Source: Candidatus Omnitrophota bacterium
GTDB taxonomy: Bacteria; Omnitrophota; Gorgyraeia; Gygaellales; Profunditerraquicolaceae
NCBI GenBank assembly: GCA_025453445.1
Contig: JALOQJ010000003.1
Span: 23,369 to 87,368, forward strand
Length of the DNA stretch: 64,000 bases
Direction of reading: 5' to 3'
Shown: piece by piece, positions 18,415 to 28,198 of the stretch
Layout of the letters: every line of letters starts with the position of its first letter
Numbering within the stretch: the first letter of the stretch is position 1
Made by a program: the position numbers and the translations under genes
The notes under the pieces: model-generated
Database searches by the model: none
Told to the model about the DNA's origin: nothing
The model's input: only the letters and a program-made list of their open reading frames with translations

Positions 18415-19812
18415 ATGAGCGGAATTTTCGGGGTAGTATCAAAAAATAATTGCCAGGAAGATCTGTATTATGGTACAGACTATCATTCGCATTTAGGGAC
18501 ACAATTCGCCGGCCTTGCTGTCTGGCAGAATAATGAAATTGCGCGTAAAATTCATGATATTAAGGGAAGCCAGTTCAAGGCAAAATTTTATCAGGATTAT
18601 AAAGAACTACACGGGAAAAAAGGAATAGGCGTAATCAGCGGGCACGAAGAACAGCCGATTTTGGTGCATTCTAAATTTGGGCCCTTTGCCATAGTTACTA
18701 ATGGCTTTATTGAAAATGCCAATGAGCTGGCACAAGAATTATACAAGCAGGGAAAATCTTTTAGTGAAGTTACAAACGGAAGCGTTAATTCCACGGAATT
18801 AATTGCTAAGTTAATTATTTGCGGGAAGGATATCGTTTCTGGTATCGAGGGAATGTTTTCTAAAATAAAAGGCTCCTGTTCGCTGCTTCTTTTAAATAAG
18901 GACGGGCTCTATGCAGCAAGGGATAAGTTTGGTTATTCGCCGTTAATCATCGGGCAAAAAGGCGATGAATGGGCAGTAACTACGGAAAGTTCAGCTCTTT
19001 ATAATTTGGGTTTCAAGGTAAAAAAGAATATCGAGCCCGGAGAAATTGTCTTGCTTGATGACAGCGGCATAAAATCTAAATCCAAACCTGGTAAATGCAG
19101 CCAAATATGTTCTTTTCTCTGGATTTATACCGGTTTTCCTGCTTCTTGTTATGATGGGATTAATGTGGAGATGTCCCGGGAAAGATGCGGCAGATGCTTG
19201 GCGAAAAACGATAAAGTAAGGGCTGATATGGTTTCAGGTATCCCTGATTCAGGGACTGCCCATGCTGTTGGTTATGCTATGGAGTCGAAAGTTCCTTTCC
19301 GCAGGCCGCTGGTAAAATATACGCCCGGATTTGACCGCAGCTATACTCCGGCTTTACAGGAAAGGCGCGATTTAATCGCCCGGATGAAACTTATACCCAT
19401 AGAAGATATCATCAGAGGCAAACGGATTATTTTTTGCGATGATTCCATTGTCAGAGGCACGCAGCTGAAAAATTACACTATTCAGAAACTTAACGAATGC
19501 GGGGCAAAGGAAATCCATTTAAGGATTGCTTGTCCGCCATTAATGTTTCCCTGTAAGTTTAATTATTCCACGCGCACGTTACAGGAATTGGTGGCGCGAC
19601 GGGCGATAAAAACGCTGGAAGGTAAAGACCTGGAGAATGTTTCTGATTATCTTGATGAAGACTCCGGAAAATATAAAAAAATGGTTGCCTGGATCGCCAA
19701 GGATCTGGGGGCAACTACGCTGAAATACCAGAAGATGAGCGATATGATTAATGCCATAGGCCTGCCTAAGAGCAAATTGTGTTTATATTGTTGGACAGGG
19801 AGAGAGGTATGA
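18415..19812 (+). CDS. purF: Amidophosphoribosyltransferase (lacks N-terminal catalytic Cys)
   Basis: Ntn domain plus PRT motif DDSIVRGT, PDSG, CLYCW; begins MSGIFG. Confidence 0.9.
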   Translation: MSGIFGVVSKNNCQEDLYYGTDYHSHLGTQFAGLAVWQNNEIARKIHDIKGSQFKAKFYQDYKELHGKKGIGVISGHEEQPILVHSKFGPFAIVTNGFIENANELAQELYKQGKSFSEVTNGSVNSTELIAKLIICGKDIVSGIEGMFSKIKGSCSLLLLNKDGLYAARDKFGYSPLIIGQKGDEWAVTTESSALYNLGFKVKKNIEPGEIVLLDDSGIKSKSKPGKCSQICSFLWIYTGFPASCYDGINVEMSRERCGRCLAKNDKVRADMVSGIPDSGTAHAVGYAMESKVPFRRPLVKYTPGFDRSYTPALQERRDLIARMKLIPIEDIIRGKRIIFCDDSIVRGTQLKNYTIQKLNECGAKEIHLRIACPPLMFPCKFNYSTRTLQELVARRAIKTLEGKDLENVSDYLDEDSGKYKKMVAWIAKDLGATTLKYQKMSDMINAIGLPKSKLCLYCWTGREV

Positions 19813-20810
19813 CCATGCTTACTTATAAAAAAGCAGGGGTGGATATAAATAAAGCCACGGGCTTTAAAACCAAGATCAAGGCGTTGGTGAGAAAGTCATT
19901 CCGGCCGGAAGTTTTAAAAGATATCGGCGGCTTCGGCAGTTTTTTCAGCATGCCGAAAAATTATAAAGATCCGGTTTTGGTTTCTTCTACCGATGGCGTG
20001 GGGACAAAGTTAAAAATCGCCATCCTTGCGCATAAGCACGATACTATCGGCATTGATGCCGTAGGGATGAACGTAAATGATATTTTATGCACCGGGGCAG
20101 AGCCATTATTTTTCTTAGACTATATCGCAAGCGGTAAATTAAAACCAGATGTGCTTTTTGATGTGGTTAAGGGCATCAATGACGGATGCATTGAGGCAGG
20201 TTGTTCTTTGATCGGAGGTGAAACTGCGGAAATGCCCGGGATGTATAAGGAAGGTGAATACGATATCGGGGCATTTTGCGTAGGCGTTGTAGAGCGTAAG
20301 AATATCATCGATGGTTCAAAGGTTGCTTGCGGAGATGTTGTGATTGGTTTGGAATCAAGCGGGATACATTCCAATGGTTATTCTTTGGTAAGAAAGGTAT
20401 TTACTAAAAATGAATTAATCAGGATGAGTGATGAATTGCTTAAGCCAACACGCATTTATGTTAAACCGGTCCTGGGTTTATTGAAGAAATATCCGCGTTC
20501 GGTCAATGGTATTGCCCATATTACCGGAGGAGCCTTTTACGATAAAATTTCCCGGATTTTGCCGGATAATATAAATGTGAGGATTTATAAAAATTCCTGG
20601 GTTGTGCCGAAGATTTTCCGGCTAATGCAGACTAAGGGTATTATAGAAGATAAAGAGATGTATCATACTTTTAATATGGGTATTGGTATGGTTTTAATTG
20701 TAAAGCCTGAGTTTACCAAAATGATCATTGCTAAATTAGCTGAGTTTCGGCTTAAGGCATGGGTCATAGGTGAGGCAATAAAAGGGAAAAAAGAAGTGGA
20801 ATTGATTTAA
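19809..20810 (+). CDS. purM: AIR synthase
   Basis: TYKKAGVDI, DGVGTK, GGETAEMPG, HSNGYSL, HITGG, FNMGIG. Confidence 0.97.
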   Translation: MTMLTYKKAGVDINKATGFKTKIKALVRKSFRPEVLKDIGGFGSFFSMPKNYKDPVLVSSTDGVGTKLKIAILAHKHDTIGIDAVGMNVNDILCTGAEPLFFLDYIASGKLKPDVLFDVVKGINDGCIEAGCSLIGGETAEMPGMYKEGEYDIGAFCVGVVERKNIIDGSKVACGDVVIGLESSGIHSNGYSLVRKVFTKNELIRMSDELLKPTRIYVKPVLGLLKKYPRSVNGIAHITGGAFYDKISRILPDNINVRIYKNSWVVPKIFRLMQTKGIIEDKEMYHTFNMGIGMVLIVKPEFTKMIIAKLAEFRLKAWVIGEAIKGKKEVELI

Positions 20811-20823
20811 CAAAGGAGGCAAG

Positions 20824-21699
20824 ATGGGTATTATGTCTTTAATCGGAATAATTGTGGTTGTTATATTTTTTATGGGTATCAGAATTGTCCGTCCGACGCA
20901 TCGCGGGCTGATCGAGAGATTCGGTAAATATAACCGTTTTGCCAATCCGGGATTTAACTGGATTTTTCCTGTTATCGAGAATATTTATCAGGTGAATATT
21001 ACTGAGCAGATGGTGGATGCTGAGCCGCAGGAAATTATCACCAATGATAACCTGAATGCCAAAGTGGATGCGCAGGTTTATTTTAAGGTCAAGCCTTCTG
21101 AGCAGGATGTAAAAAACGCAATTTACAATGTGTTTAATTTCCAGTATCAGATTGTCAATTTAGCAAGGACTACCCTTAGGAATATTATCGGCACTCTGAC
21201 ACTTAAATCCGCAAATTCCGAGCGCGGAAAAATTAATGCCGAATTACACCGGACTTTGATGGAAGAAACCTCAAGCTGGGGTATTGAGATTGTTAGGACG
21301 GAATTAAAAGAAATTGACCCGCCTAAAGATGTGCAGGAGACGATGAACAAGGTTGTCAAGGCTGAGAATGAGAAAATTGCGGCTATAGATTATGCTACAG
21401 CTACTGAAACTGCTGCGGATGGCCAGAAGCGCGCGGAGATTAAAAAAGCCGAAGGTATTAAACAGGCTCGGATTCTTGAAGCAGAAGGCGAAGCTGAGGC
21501 AATTAAGCTTGTTAATGAAGCAGCAGAGCATTATTTTGTCGGCAATGCGCAGGTGTTGCGCAAGCTTGAGGCAGTTGAAAAGTCCTTGCAGCATAACGCA
21601 AAGATTGTAGTTCCGGCAAATACAGAGTTAGTTAATGTCATCGGTGAGATGGCAGGTTTCCTGCCGTTGAAAAAAGAAGTAAAGGAAGACAAGAAATAA
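20824..21699 (+). CDS. SPFH/band 7 (stomatin-like) membrane protein
   Basis: N-terminal TM, IERFGKY, QEIITNDN, coiled-coil AEGEAEA. Confidence 0.9.
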   Translation: MGIMSLIGIIVVVIFFMGIRIVRPTHRGLIERFGKYNRFANPGFNWIFPVIENIYQVNITEQMVDAEPQEIITNDNLNAKVDAQVYFKVKPSEQDVKNAIYNVFNFQYQIVNLARTTLRNIIGTLTLKSANSERGKINAELHRTLMEETSSWGIEIVRTELKEIDPPKDVQETMNKVVKAENEKIAAIDYATATETAADGQKRAEIKKAEGIKQARILEAEGEAEAIKLVNEAAEHYFVGNAQVLRKLEAVEKSLQHNAKIVVPANTELVNVIGEMAGFLPLKKEVKEDKK

Positions 21700-21706
21700 A
21701 AAATTT

Positions 21707-21763
21707 AACAGGGACTGTCCCCGTCCAAGTCGTTTAACTGTATTTTAAGGGGACTGTCCCGTT
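21707..21763. repeat. Paired GGGACTGTCCC quasi-palindromes (REP-like)
   Basis: gggactgtccc at 21711 and 21750, with inverted flanks aac/gtt. Confidence 0.65.
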
Positions 21764-21775
21764 GGTTCTTTCACA

Positions 21776-21980
21776 GTTTCGCGTGTGCCTTGTCTAGTTT
21801 CTCGCTCATTAGTATTGAGCGGGTCCTGTCTGCCGATCCACCTCGCCGTCCTCGTTATTCGCTGCGGGCGGCAAGGTCTTCGTCTCGGCAGCCACCCGCA
21901 AAAAAAGAATCTTTTTTCAATTAGGGGGGGGAGTTGGTTGGGGCGTTCCTGAGAAAACACAGACAAGACAGACGCGAGAC
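21776..21980. mobile_element. ~205-bp MITE-like hairpin element, copy 1
   Basis: Terminal IRs gtttcgcgtgtgccttgtct / agacaagacagacgcgagac; shares TIR and internal aatcttttttcaatta with copies 2 and 3. Confidence 0.75.
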
Positions 21981-22069
21981 TTGAGAATAAATAGATTACG
22001 GCAGCAGATGGTTAAACAACAGAAGCAGTACATCGCCTGAGAAATTAGACAGGCGATAAAGGAGGAAAG

Positions 22070-22255
22070 ATGGCGTACGGACAAGGTGGTGGCGGTTATG
22101 GTGGCGGTGGTGGCGGATTCGGCGGTCCTCGTGAAATGCACAAAGCAATATGCGCGGATTGCAAAAAAGAATGCGAAGTTCCCTTTAAACCAAAAGAAGA
22201 CCGTCCGGTTTATTGCAGGGATTGTTTTTCCAAGCGTAAAGACAGCGGCCGGTAA
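22070..22255 (+). CDS. Small Gly-rich CxxC-x17-CxxC zinc-ribbon protein
   Basis: REMHKAICADCKKECEVPFKPKEDRPVYCRDCF; AAGGAGG SD. Confidence 0.9.
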   Translation: MAYGQGGGGYGGGGGGFGGPREMHKAICADCKKECEVPFKPKEDRPVYCRDCFSKRKDSGR

Positions 22256-22266
22256 AAGATATAAAG

Positions 22267-23577
22267 ATGAGAATTCTGGTGATTGGCTCAGGCGGCAGAG
22301 AGCATGCGTTAGTCTGGAAAATTGCGCAGTCGAAGCTGGCGGATAAGATATTTTGTGCGCCGGGAAATGGCGGGATTGCCAATTTTGCCGAATGCATTGA
22401 TATTAAGGCTGATGATATCTTGAAGCTGCTTGAGTTTGCCGGAAAAGAAAAAATTGATCTAACAGTTGTCGGCCCGGAGGCACCTTTGTCCTCTGGGATC
22501 GTTGATGAATTTGTTGCGCGGGGATTAAAAATCTTCGGGCCGAGTAAACTGGCAGCACAGTTAGAGGCAAGTAAAGTTTTTGCCAAGGAATTAATGGCAA
22601 AATATTCTGTGCCGACTGCTGCTTTTAAGGTCTTTGACAATCCTGAAGAAGCAAAAAAATATATTGAGCAAGCCGGGGCTCCCTGCGTAGTGAAAGCTGA
22701 TGGCTTGGCAGCCGGAAAAGGCGTAGTTGTGGCTAAAACCGTTGATGAAGCAAAACAGGCTGTCAGAGCAATAATGGAAGAGAGGATTTTTGGCGCATCC
22801 GGCAATAAAATAATTATTGAGGAATGTTTAGAAGGCGAAGAAGCCTCAATTCTCGTTATTACCGACGGTAAAGAAGTAGTTGCTTTGGCTTCAGCCCAAG
22901 ATCATAAAAGAATAAATGACGGAGATTGCGGGCCGAATACCGGCGGTATGGGCGCATATTCTCCGGCGCCGGCAGTGACAAAAGAATTATTCAAAGAAAT
23001 TTTAGATAAAGTAATTTATCGTACCATAGATGGTTTAGCTAAAGAAGGAATAAATTATCATGGCGTTTTATACGCAGGTATTATGTTGACTAAAGATGGC
23101 CCGAAGACGCTGGAATTTAATGTGCGTTTTGGCGATCCGGAGACAGAAGCGATTTTGCCGCGTTTAAAATCCGATTTAGTAGAAATTATGCTTGCTGCTT
23201 CAGAAGGAAAACTTGCGCGCTTAAAGAGCCTGGAATGGGATCCCCGCGCTTGTGTCTGCGTTATCTGTGCCTCAGGCGGTTATCCGGATAATTATGAAAA
23301 AGGAAAAATAATCAGTGGATTAGAAGACGCGCAAAAATTAAATGATATCGTAATTTTTCACGCTGGCACTAAATTGCGCATAATTAATGATGTCGGACAA
23401 AGGCAGGAAAGAGAATATTTAACCGATGGCGGAAGAGTATTGGGCGTGACGGGCCTGGGGAAAACAATTAAGGAAGCTATCGCGCATACTTATCAGGCAG
23501 TAGAAAAAATAAATTTTTCCGGGATGCATTATCGCCGTGATATCGGAAAAAAGGCAGTAGCGAGGGAGGAAAGATGA
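22267..23577 (+). CDS. purD: Phosphoribosylamine-glycine ligase
   Basis: GSGGREHAL, KADGLAAGKGV, GPNTGGMGAY, EFNVRFGDPE. Confidence 0.97.
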   Translation: MRILVIGSGGREHALVWKIAQSKLADKIFCAPGNGGIANFAECIDIKADDILKLLEFAGKEKIDLTVVGPEAPLSSGIVDEFVARGLKIFGPSKLAAQLEASKVFAKELMAKYSVPTAAFKVFDNPEEAKKYIEQAGAPCVVKADGLAAGKGVVVAKTVDEAKQAVRAIMEERIFGASGNKIIIEECLEGEEASILVITDGKEVVALASAQDHKRINDGDCGPNTGGMGAYSPAPAVTKELFKEILDKVIYRTIDGLAKEGINYHGVLYAGIMLTKDGPKTLEFNVRFGDPETEAILPRLKSDLVEIMLAASEGKLARLKSLEWDPRACVCVICASGGYPDNYEKGKIISGLEDAQKLNDIVIFHAGTKLRIINDVGQRQEREYLTDGGRVLGVTGLGKTIKEAIAHTYQAVEKINFSGMHYRRDIGKKAVAREER

Positions 23578-24050
23578 TCAGTATAATTATGGGTAGTCAG
23601 TCGGATCTGGATACTGTGCAGGAAGCAATTAATGTTTTAAAAGAATTTAAGGCAAAATTTGAGCTAAAGATTTTATCTGCGCACAGGACTCCCAAAGAAT
23701 TAGCTGCTTATATTGAAACTGCCTCGAAAAAATCTACAAAAGTATTCATCTGCGCTGCCGGAGGAGCTGCTGCTTTAGCCGGAGTAGTTGCTGCTCATAC
23801 AACGCTGCCGGTTATTGGTATACCTATTGAGACTAGCAGCTTGAAAGGGATTGATTCGCTACTTTCAACTGTCCAGATGCCCGGAGGAATTCCGGTTGCT
23901 TCAATGAGCATAGGCAAAGCAGGAGCTAAAAACGCAGCACTCTTTGCACTGGAAATTTTGGGCATAAAGAATAAATTAATCAGCGCACAACTGATTAATT
24001 ATAAGCGGCAGATGGCTGAAAAAATCAAAAAAACCAAAATTAAATTATGA
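23574..24050 (+). CDS. purE: N5-CAIR mutase
   Basis: IMGSQSD, SAHRTP, STVQMPGGIPVA. Confidence 0.96.
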   Translation: MISIIMGSQSDLDTVQEAINVLKEFKAKFELKILSAHRTPKELAAYIETASKKSTKVFICAAGGAAALAGVVAAHTTLPVIGIPIETSSLKGIDSLLSTVQMPGGIPVASMSIGKAGAKNAALFALEILGIKNKLISAQLINYKRQMAEKIKKTKIKL

Positions 24051-25105
24051 GTTTGGCGAAAATCGTCAAAATAAGCCCCCAGGGCCCTGATGAAGGATAT
24101 CTTCAGGAAGCAGCCAAAGTTATTAAAAACGGCGGCTTGGTGATAATACCCACGGAAACCGTCTATGGTATTGCCGCTGACATGCTTAATCCGGAAACAA
24201 TCAGCAGGCTATACGAAATAAAAGGCCGGCCCAAGGATAAGCCATTTTCCCTGCATATTGATTCAAAAGAAAAAATTAAAAATTTTGCCAAGGATATTCC
24301 GGTTACGGCATGGAAATTAATTGATAGGTTTTGGCCCGGGCCGTTGACGATAATTTTAGAATCAAAAAATAACTCTACCATCGGCATGCGCATGCCTGAT
24401 GATGAAATAGCCTTGCAGGTGATTGCTTTATCCGGTGTACCCGTAGTTTGCCCTTCGGCAAACCTTTCAGGAAGGCCGGCCCCAATAAATTTTGAACAGG
24501 CGATAAAAGACCTCAAAGATAAGGTAGATTTTGCCATTGACGCAGGCGATGTTTCCCTTGGCAAGGAATCTTCAATCGTAGATTTAACCCGGGATCCTTT
24601 AAAGATTTTGCGCATAGGTGCTATAACAAAAGAAACAATCGAACAGGTGGTGGGTAGAAAAACCGTGCTTTTTGTCTGTACCGGTAATTCCTGCCGTTCG
24701 GTGATGGCCAAGGCGCTTTTAGAAAAGAGCCTAAAACTTAAAAAACGCAGTGACGTAGAAGTCCTTTCTGCCGGAATGATGAGCGCTGGTATGGGCGCTA
24801 CTGAAGCAACTAAGGAAGTGCTGGCAGAAGAAGGCATAGATGTATCGGATCATCGTTCGCAGCGGGTAAGTGAAGATATGCTTAGAAAATCAGATTTAAT
24901 TCTGGTGATGGAAAAAATACACGAAGAAAGAATTCTGCAGCTGGTACCGGAGATAAAAAACAGAGTGTTTTTATTAAAAGAATTTGCTAAAATAGATGAC
25001 ATGAATATTAATATCGATGATCCTATCGGCAGGCCGCTGGAATTTTATGAATTAACTATGGAAACTATAAAAGAGGCAGTGGAAAGGATAAGTAATATAA
25101 TATGA
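24047..25105 (+). CDS. tsaC: Threonylcarbamoyl-AMP synthase fused to a low-molecular-weight protein Tyr/Arg phosphatase
   Basis: PTETVYG, KGRP, SANLSG; C-terminal VCTGNSCRS P-loop and DPIG. Confidence 0.88.
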   Translation: MSLAKIVKISPQGPDEGYLQEAAKVIKNGGLVIIPTETVYGIAADMLNPETISRLYEIKGRPKDKPFSLHIDSKEKIKNFAKDIPVTAWKLIDRFWPGPLTIILESKNNSTIGMRMPDDEIALQVIALSGVPVVCPSANLSGRPAPINFEQAIKDLKDKVDFAIDAGDVSLGKESSIVDLTRDPLKILRIGAITKETIEQVVGRKTVLFVCTGNSCRSVMAKALLEKSLKLKKRSDVEVLSAGMMSAGMGATEATKEVLAEEGIDVSDHRSQRVSEDMLRKSDLILVMEKIHEERILQLVPEIKNRVFLLKEFAKIDDMNINIDDPIGRPLEFYELTMETIKEAVERISNII

Positions 25106-25554
25106 AGACTATATTGATTGCTTCGGATCACGCTGGCTTCGGCCTCAAAGAAAAAATTAAGCTTTATCTGCAGAAAACGGGTTTTAAAGTAAATGATTTA
25201 GGCACTTATTCTGAGGAGCGTTGCGATTACCCTGAGTTTGCAGCAAGGCTTGCAAAGTTAATTCCCCGCCAGAAAAATAGCCGCGGTATACTCATTTGTG
25301 GTTCTGGCATAGGCGTAGCGATTGTTGCCAACCGTTTTAAGGGCGTTAGGGCAGCTGTTTGCCATAATATTCAAGCAGCGGAATTTTCCCGTCGGCACAA
25401 TGATAGTAATGTTTTGGCGTTAGGCGCGCGAATTGCCGGGCTTGAGCTGCAGAAAAAGATTTTAAAAATCTGGCTTAATACAAAATTTGAAGGCGGCAGG
25501 CACAGAAGAAGATTGAATTTATTAAAAAGAATAGAAGAGGAAATAACAAAATGA
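25102..25554 (+). CDS. rpiB: Ribose-5-phosphate isomerase B
   Basis: [25 protein letters not shown]. Confidence 0.95.
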   Translation: MKTILIASDHAGFGLKEKIKLYLQKTGFKVNDLGTYSEERCDYPEFAARLAKLIPRQKNSRGILICGSGIGVAIVANRFKGVRAAVCHNIQAAEFSRRHNDSNVLALGARIAGLELQKKILKIWLNTKFEGGRHRRRLNLLKRIEEEITK

Positions 25555-26807
25555 AAAGTTTAGAGCATTTGAAAAAAGTTGACCCGGAAATTTATCAGGC
25601 GATAGCAGATGAAATCCGCAGGCAGGAAGATAACCTGGAATTTATTGCCTCGGAGAACTTTACTTCTTTGGCTGTTTTGGAGGCGCAAGGTTCAGTGCTG
25701 ACTAATAAATATGCCGAAGGTTATCCCAGCGCCCGCTGGTATGGCGGATGCGCTAATGTGGATGCTGCTGAAAGCCTTGCGATTGAGAGGGCAAAAAAAT
25801 TATTTGGCGCTGAACACGTTAACGTGCAGGCGCATTCAGGGACACAGGCAAATATGGCAGTGTATTTTGCGGCATTAAATTTAGGGGATACGATTTTAGC
25901 TTTGGATTTGGCCTGCGGCGGGCATCTTTCGCATGGGCATGCGCATAATTTTTCAGGTATGTTTTATAATGTTGTTGCTTATGGTGTGGATAAAAAGACA
26001 GAAATGCTGGACTACGATCACATTGCTGTTTTAGCAAAACAAAATAAGCCGAAATTAATTTTAGCAGGTGCTTCGGCTTACCCGAGAAAATTGGATTTTA
26101 AAAAATTCCGTAAAATTGCCGATAGCGTAGGCGCGTATTTATTTGTGGATATGGCGCATATTGCAGGGTTAGTTGCTGCAGGGGTGCATCCTTCGCCTGT
26201 GCCTTACGCGGAATTTGTTACTTCTACGACGCACAAAACTTTACGCGGGCCTCGTGGCGGATTTGTTATCTGTAAAAAAGAATTTGCCAAAAAAATCGAT
26301 TCGCGGATTTTTCCCGGCATACAAGGCGGGCCTCTGATGCATGTGATTGCTGCCAAAGCAGTGGCTTTTCACGAAGCATTGACCCCTGCTTTTCGAACCT
26401 ATCAGCGCCAGATTGTTAAAAATTCTAAAGAGCTGGCCAATGCCTTGAGCACAAAAGGTTTTCGTATTGTTTCCGGAGGCACGGATACGCATTTATTCTT
26501 AGTGGACTTAAATGAGAAAGGTATTACCGGTAAAGACGCTTCCAGTGCGCTTGAAGAGGCCGGCATTACAGTGAATAAAAACCTGATTCCTTTTGATCAG
26601 AAAAGCCCGGCAGTAACCAGCGGTATACGTTTAGGCACAGCTGCTGTGACTACACGCAAGATGAAAGAGCGGGAGATGCATAAAATTTCTGAATTAATCA
26701 ACCAAGCGGTTGAAGGAAGCGATAAACCTGAAATTTTAAAAGCAGTGCGAATAGAAGTTTTGGAATTAGCCAGAAGATTTCCTTTATATCCGGAGCTAAA
26801 ACAATGA
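25551..26807 (+). CDS. glyA: Serine hydroxymethyltransferase
   Basis: [26 protein letters not shown]. Confidence 0.98.
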   Translation: MKSLEHLKKVDPEIYQAIADEIRRQEDNLEFIASENFTSLAVLEAQGSVLTNKYAEGYPSARWYGGCANVDAAESLAIERAKKLFGAEHVNVQAHSGTQANMAVYFAALNLGDTILALDLACGGHLSHGHAHNFSGMFYNVVAYGVDKKTEMLDYDHIAVLAKQNKPKLILAGASAYPRKLDFKKFRKIADSVGAYLFVDMAHIAGLVAAGVHPSPVPYAEFVTSTTHKTLRGPRGGFVICKKEFAKKIDSRIFPGIQGGPLMHVIAAKAVAFHEALTPAFRTYQRQIVKNSKELANALSTKGFRIVSGGTDTHLFLVDLNEKGITGKDASSALEEAGITVNKNLIPFDQKSPAVTSGIRLGTAAVTTRKMKEREMHKISELINQAVEGSDKPEILKAVRIEVLELARRFPLYPELKQ

Positions 26808-27265
26808 AAAAGAATTTAACGCATGTCAGGCCTACATGGGATGAATATTTTTTGGAAGTAGCAGGATTGGTTTCTAAAAGGGCAACCTGTTTGCGCAGGA
26901 AAGTCGGTGCTGTACTGGTCAGGGATAAGAAAATTTTAGCCACAGGTTATAACGGCGCGCCTTCCGGGCTTAAGCATTGCCTTGATATAGAGTGTATCAG
27001 GGAAAAATTGAAAATTCCATCTGGCCAGCGCCATGAGCTTTGCCGCGGCCTGCATGCGGAGCAGAATGTCCTTCTGCAGGCAGCTTTGCACGGCACGAGC
27101 ACTAAAGAAAGTGTCTTGTATGTCACTAATCAGCCATGCTCTATTTGCGCTAAAATGCTGATTAATGCCGGCATTCGGGAGATTGTCATTGCCGACGGCT
27201 ATCCTGATGAGATGGCCGGAAAATTTTTGAGAGAAGCTAAAATAAAAATCAGAAAAGTTAAATAA
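26804..27265 (+). CDS. dCMP deaminase (ComEB family)
   Basis: [24 protein letters not shown]. Confidence 0.92.
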   Translation: MKKNLTHVRPTWDEYFLEVAGLVSKRATCLRRKVGAVLVRDKKILATGYNGAPSGLKHCLDIECIREKLKIPSGQRHELCRGLHAEQNVLLQAALHGTSTKESVLYVTNQPCSICAKMLINAGIREIVIADGYPDEMAGKFLREAKIKIRKVK

Positions 27266-27735
27266 TGAAGTGCCCTTACTGTGGCCATAAAGAAGACAAA
27301 GTGGTTGATTCGCGCTCAACTCAGGAAGAATCAGCAATCCGGCGCAGGCGCGAGTGCCTAAAGTGCGGTAAGCGTTTTACCACCTACGAATATATCGAAG
27401 AAATGTCTTTTATGGTGGTAAAAAAAGATAACCGCAGGCAGGCATTTGACCGTAAAAAGATTTTAGCCGGGATTATCCGTGCCTGCGAGAAAAGGCCGGT
27501 GAGTATTGAAAAGATGGAGGAAATTGTTACACAGGTCGAGCGGGCAATTCAGAAAAAATATGACCGCGAGGTGCCTTCTGCTAAAGTCGGTGAATTGGTA
27601 ATGGAAAAGCTAAAATCGCTGGATGATGTGGCATATGTTAGATTTGCTTCGGTGTACCGGCAGTTTAAAGATGTGGGCCAGTTTATGGTAGAATTAAAGG
27701 GTATGCTAAATACAGAACGCCGCAAAAATAGATAA
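27265..27735 (+). CDS. nrdR: Transcriptional repressor NrdR
   Basis: [19 protein letters not shown]-cone, [10 protein letters not shown]. Confidence 0.97.
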   Translation: MKCPYCGHKEDKVVDSRSTQEESAIRRRRECLKCGKRFTTYEYIEEMSFMVVKKDNRRQAFDRKKILAGIIRACEKRPVSIEKMEEIVTQVERAIQKKYDREVPSAKVGELVMEKLKSLDDVAYVRFASVYRQFKDVGQFMVELKGMLNTERRKNR

Positions 27736-27748
27736 AGGGGTATAAGTT

Positions 27749-28162
27749 ATGGTAGAGATGGAATTGAATAAGATTGTTATTGATGAGAAAAGGCATGATC
27801 AGCTGATTGTGCTTAAAGAAAAAAACGGCGAGCGGATTCTGCCGATTGTCATCGGCCTGCCGGAGGCTTCGGCAATAAAATTAAAAATCAGCGGTTTCAA
27901 TCCTCCTCGGCCTCTGACCCATGATTTATTGCACACTACAATCGAATACCTCCAGGCCAAAATAGACAGGATCATTATTGACAGGCTGGAAGAGAGCACT
28001 TTTCATGCCAAGCTTGTGATCAAGGCCTCAAACGGAGAAGATAAGGCCATTGATGCCCGGCCGTCGGATTGTATTGCTCTGGCAGTAAGGGCGCATGCGC
28101 CGATATTCGTGGAAGATGAAGTAATTAAACAGTCGGAAATATTTAATAAAGATAAACTTTAG
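27749..28162 (+). CDS. Bifunctional nuclease family protein (DUF151)
   Basis: LPIVIG, PRPLTHDL, DARPSDCIALAVR. Confidence 0.92.
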   Translation: MVEMELNKIVIDEKRHDQLIVLKEKNGERILPIVIGLPEASAIKLKISGFNPPRPLTHDLLHTTIEYLQAKIDRIIIDRLEESTFHAKLVIKASNGEDKAIDARPSDCIALAVRAHAPIFVEDEVIKQSEIFNKDKL

Positions 28163-28198
28163 TTCCCTCAAAGAACAATTTTTCCCCAAAATTTTAAG

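Noticed and set aside
23371-23420. Short insertion in PurD (and weak period-7 traces in purL near 14742 and 16664)
   Set aside because: Periodicity too weak to call by eye; may be decayed arrays.
23574-24050. purE without purK, and purC/purH missing
   Set aside because: These genes may simply lie outside the window.
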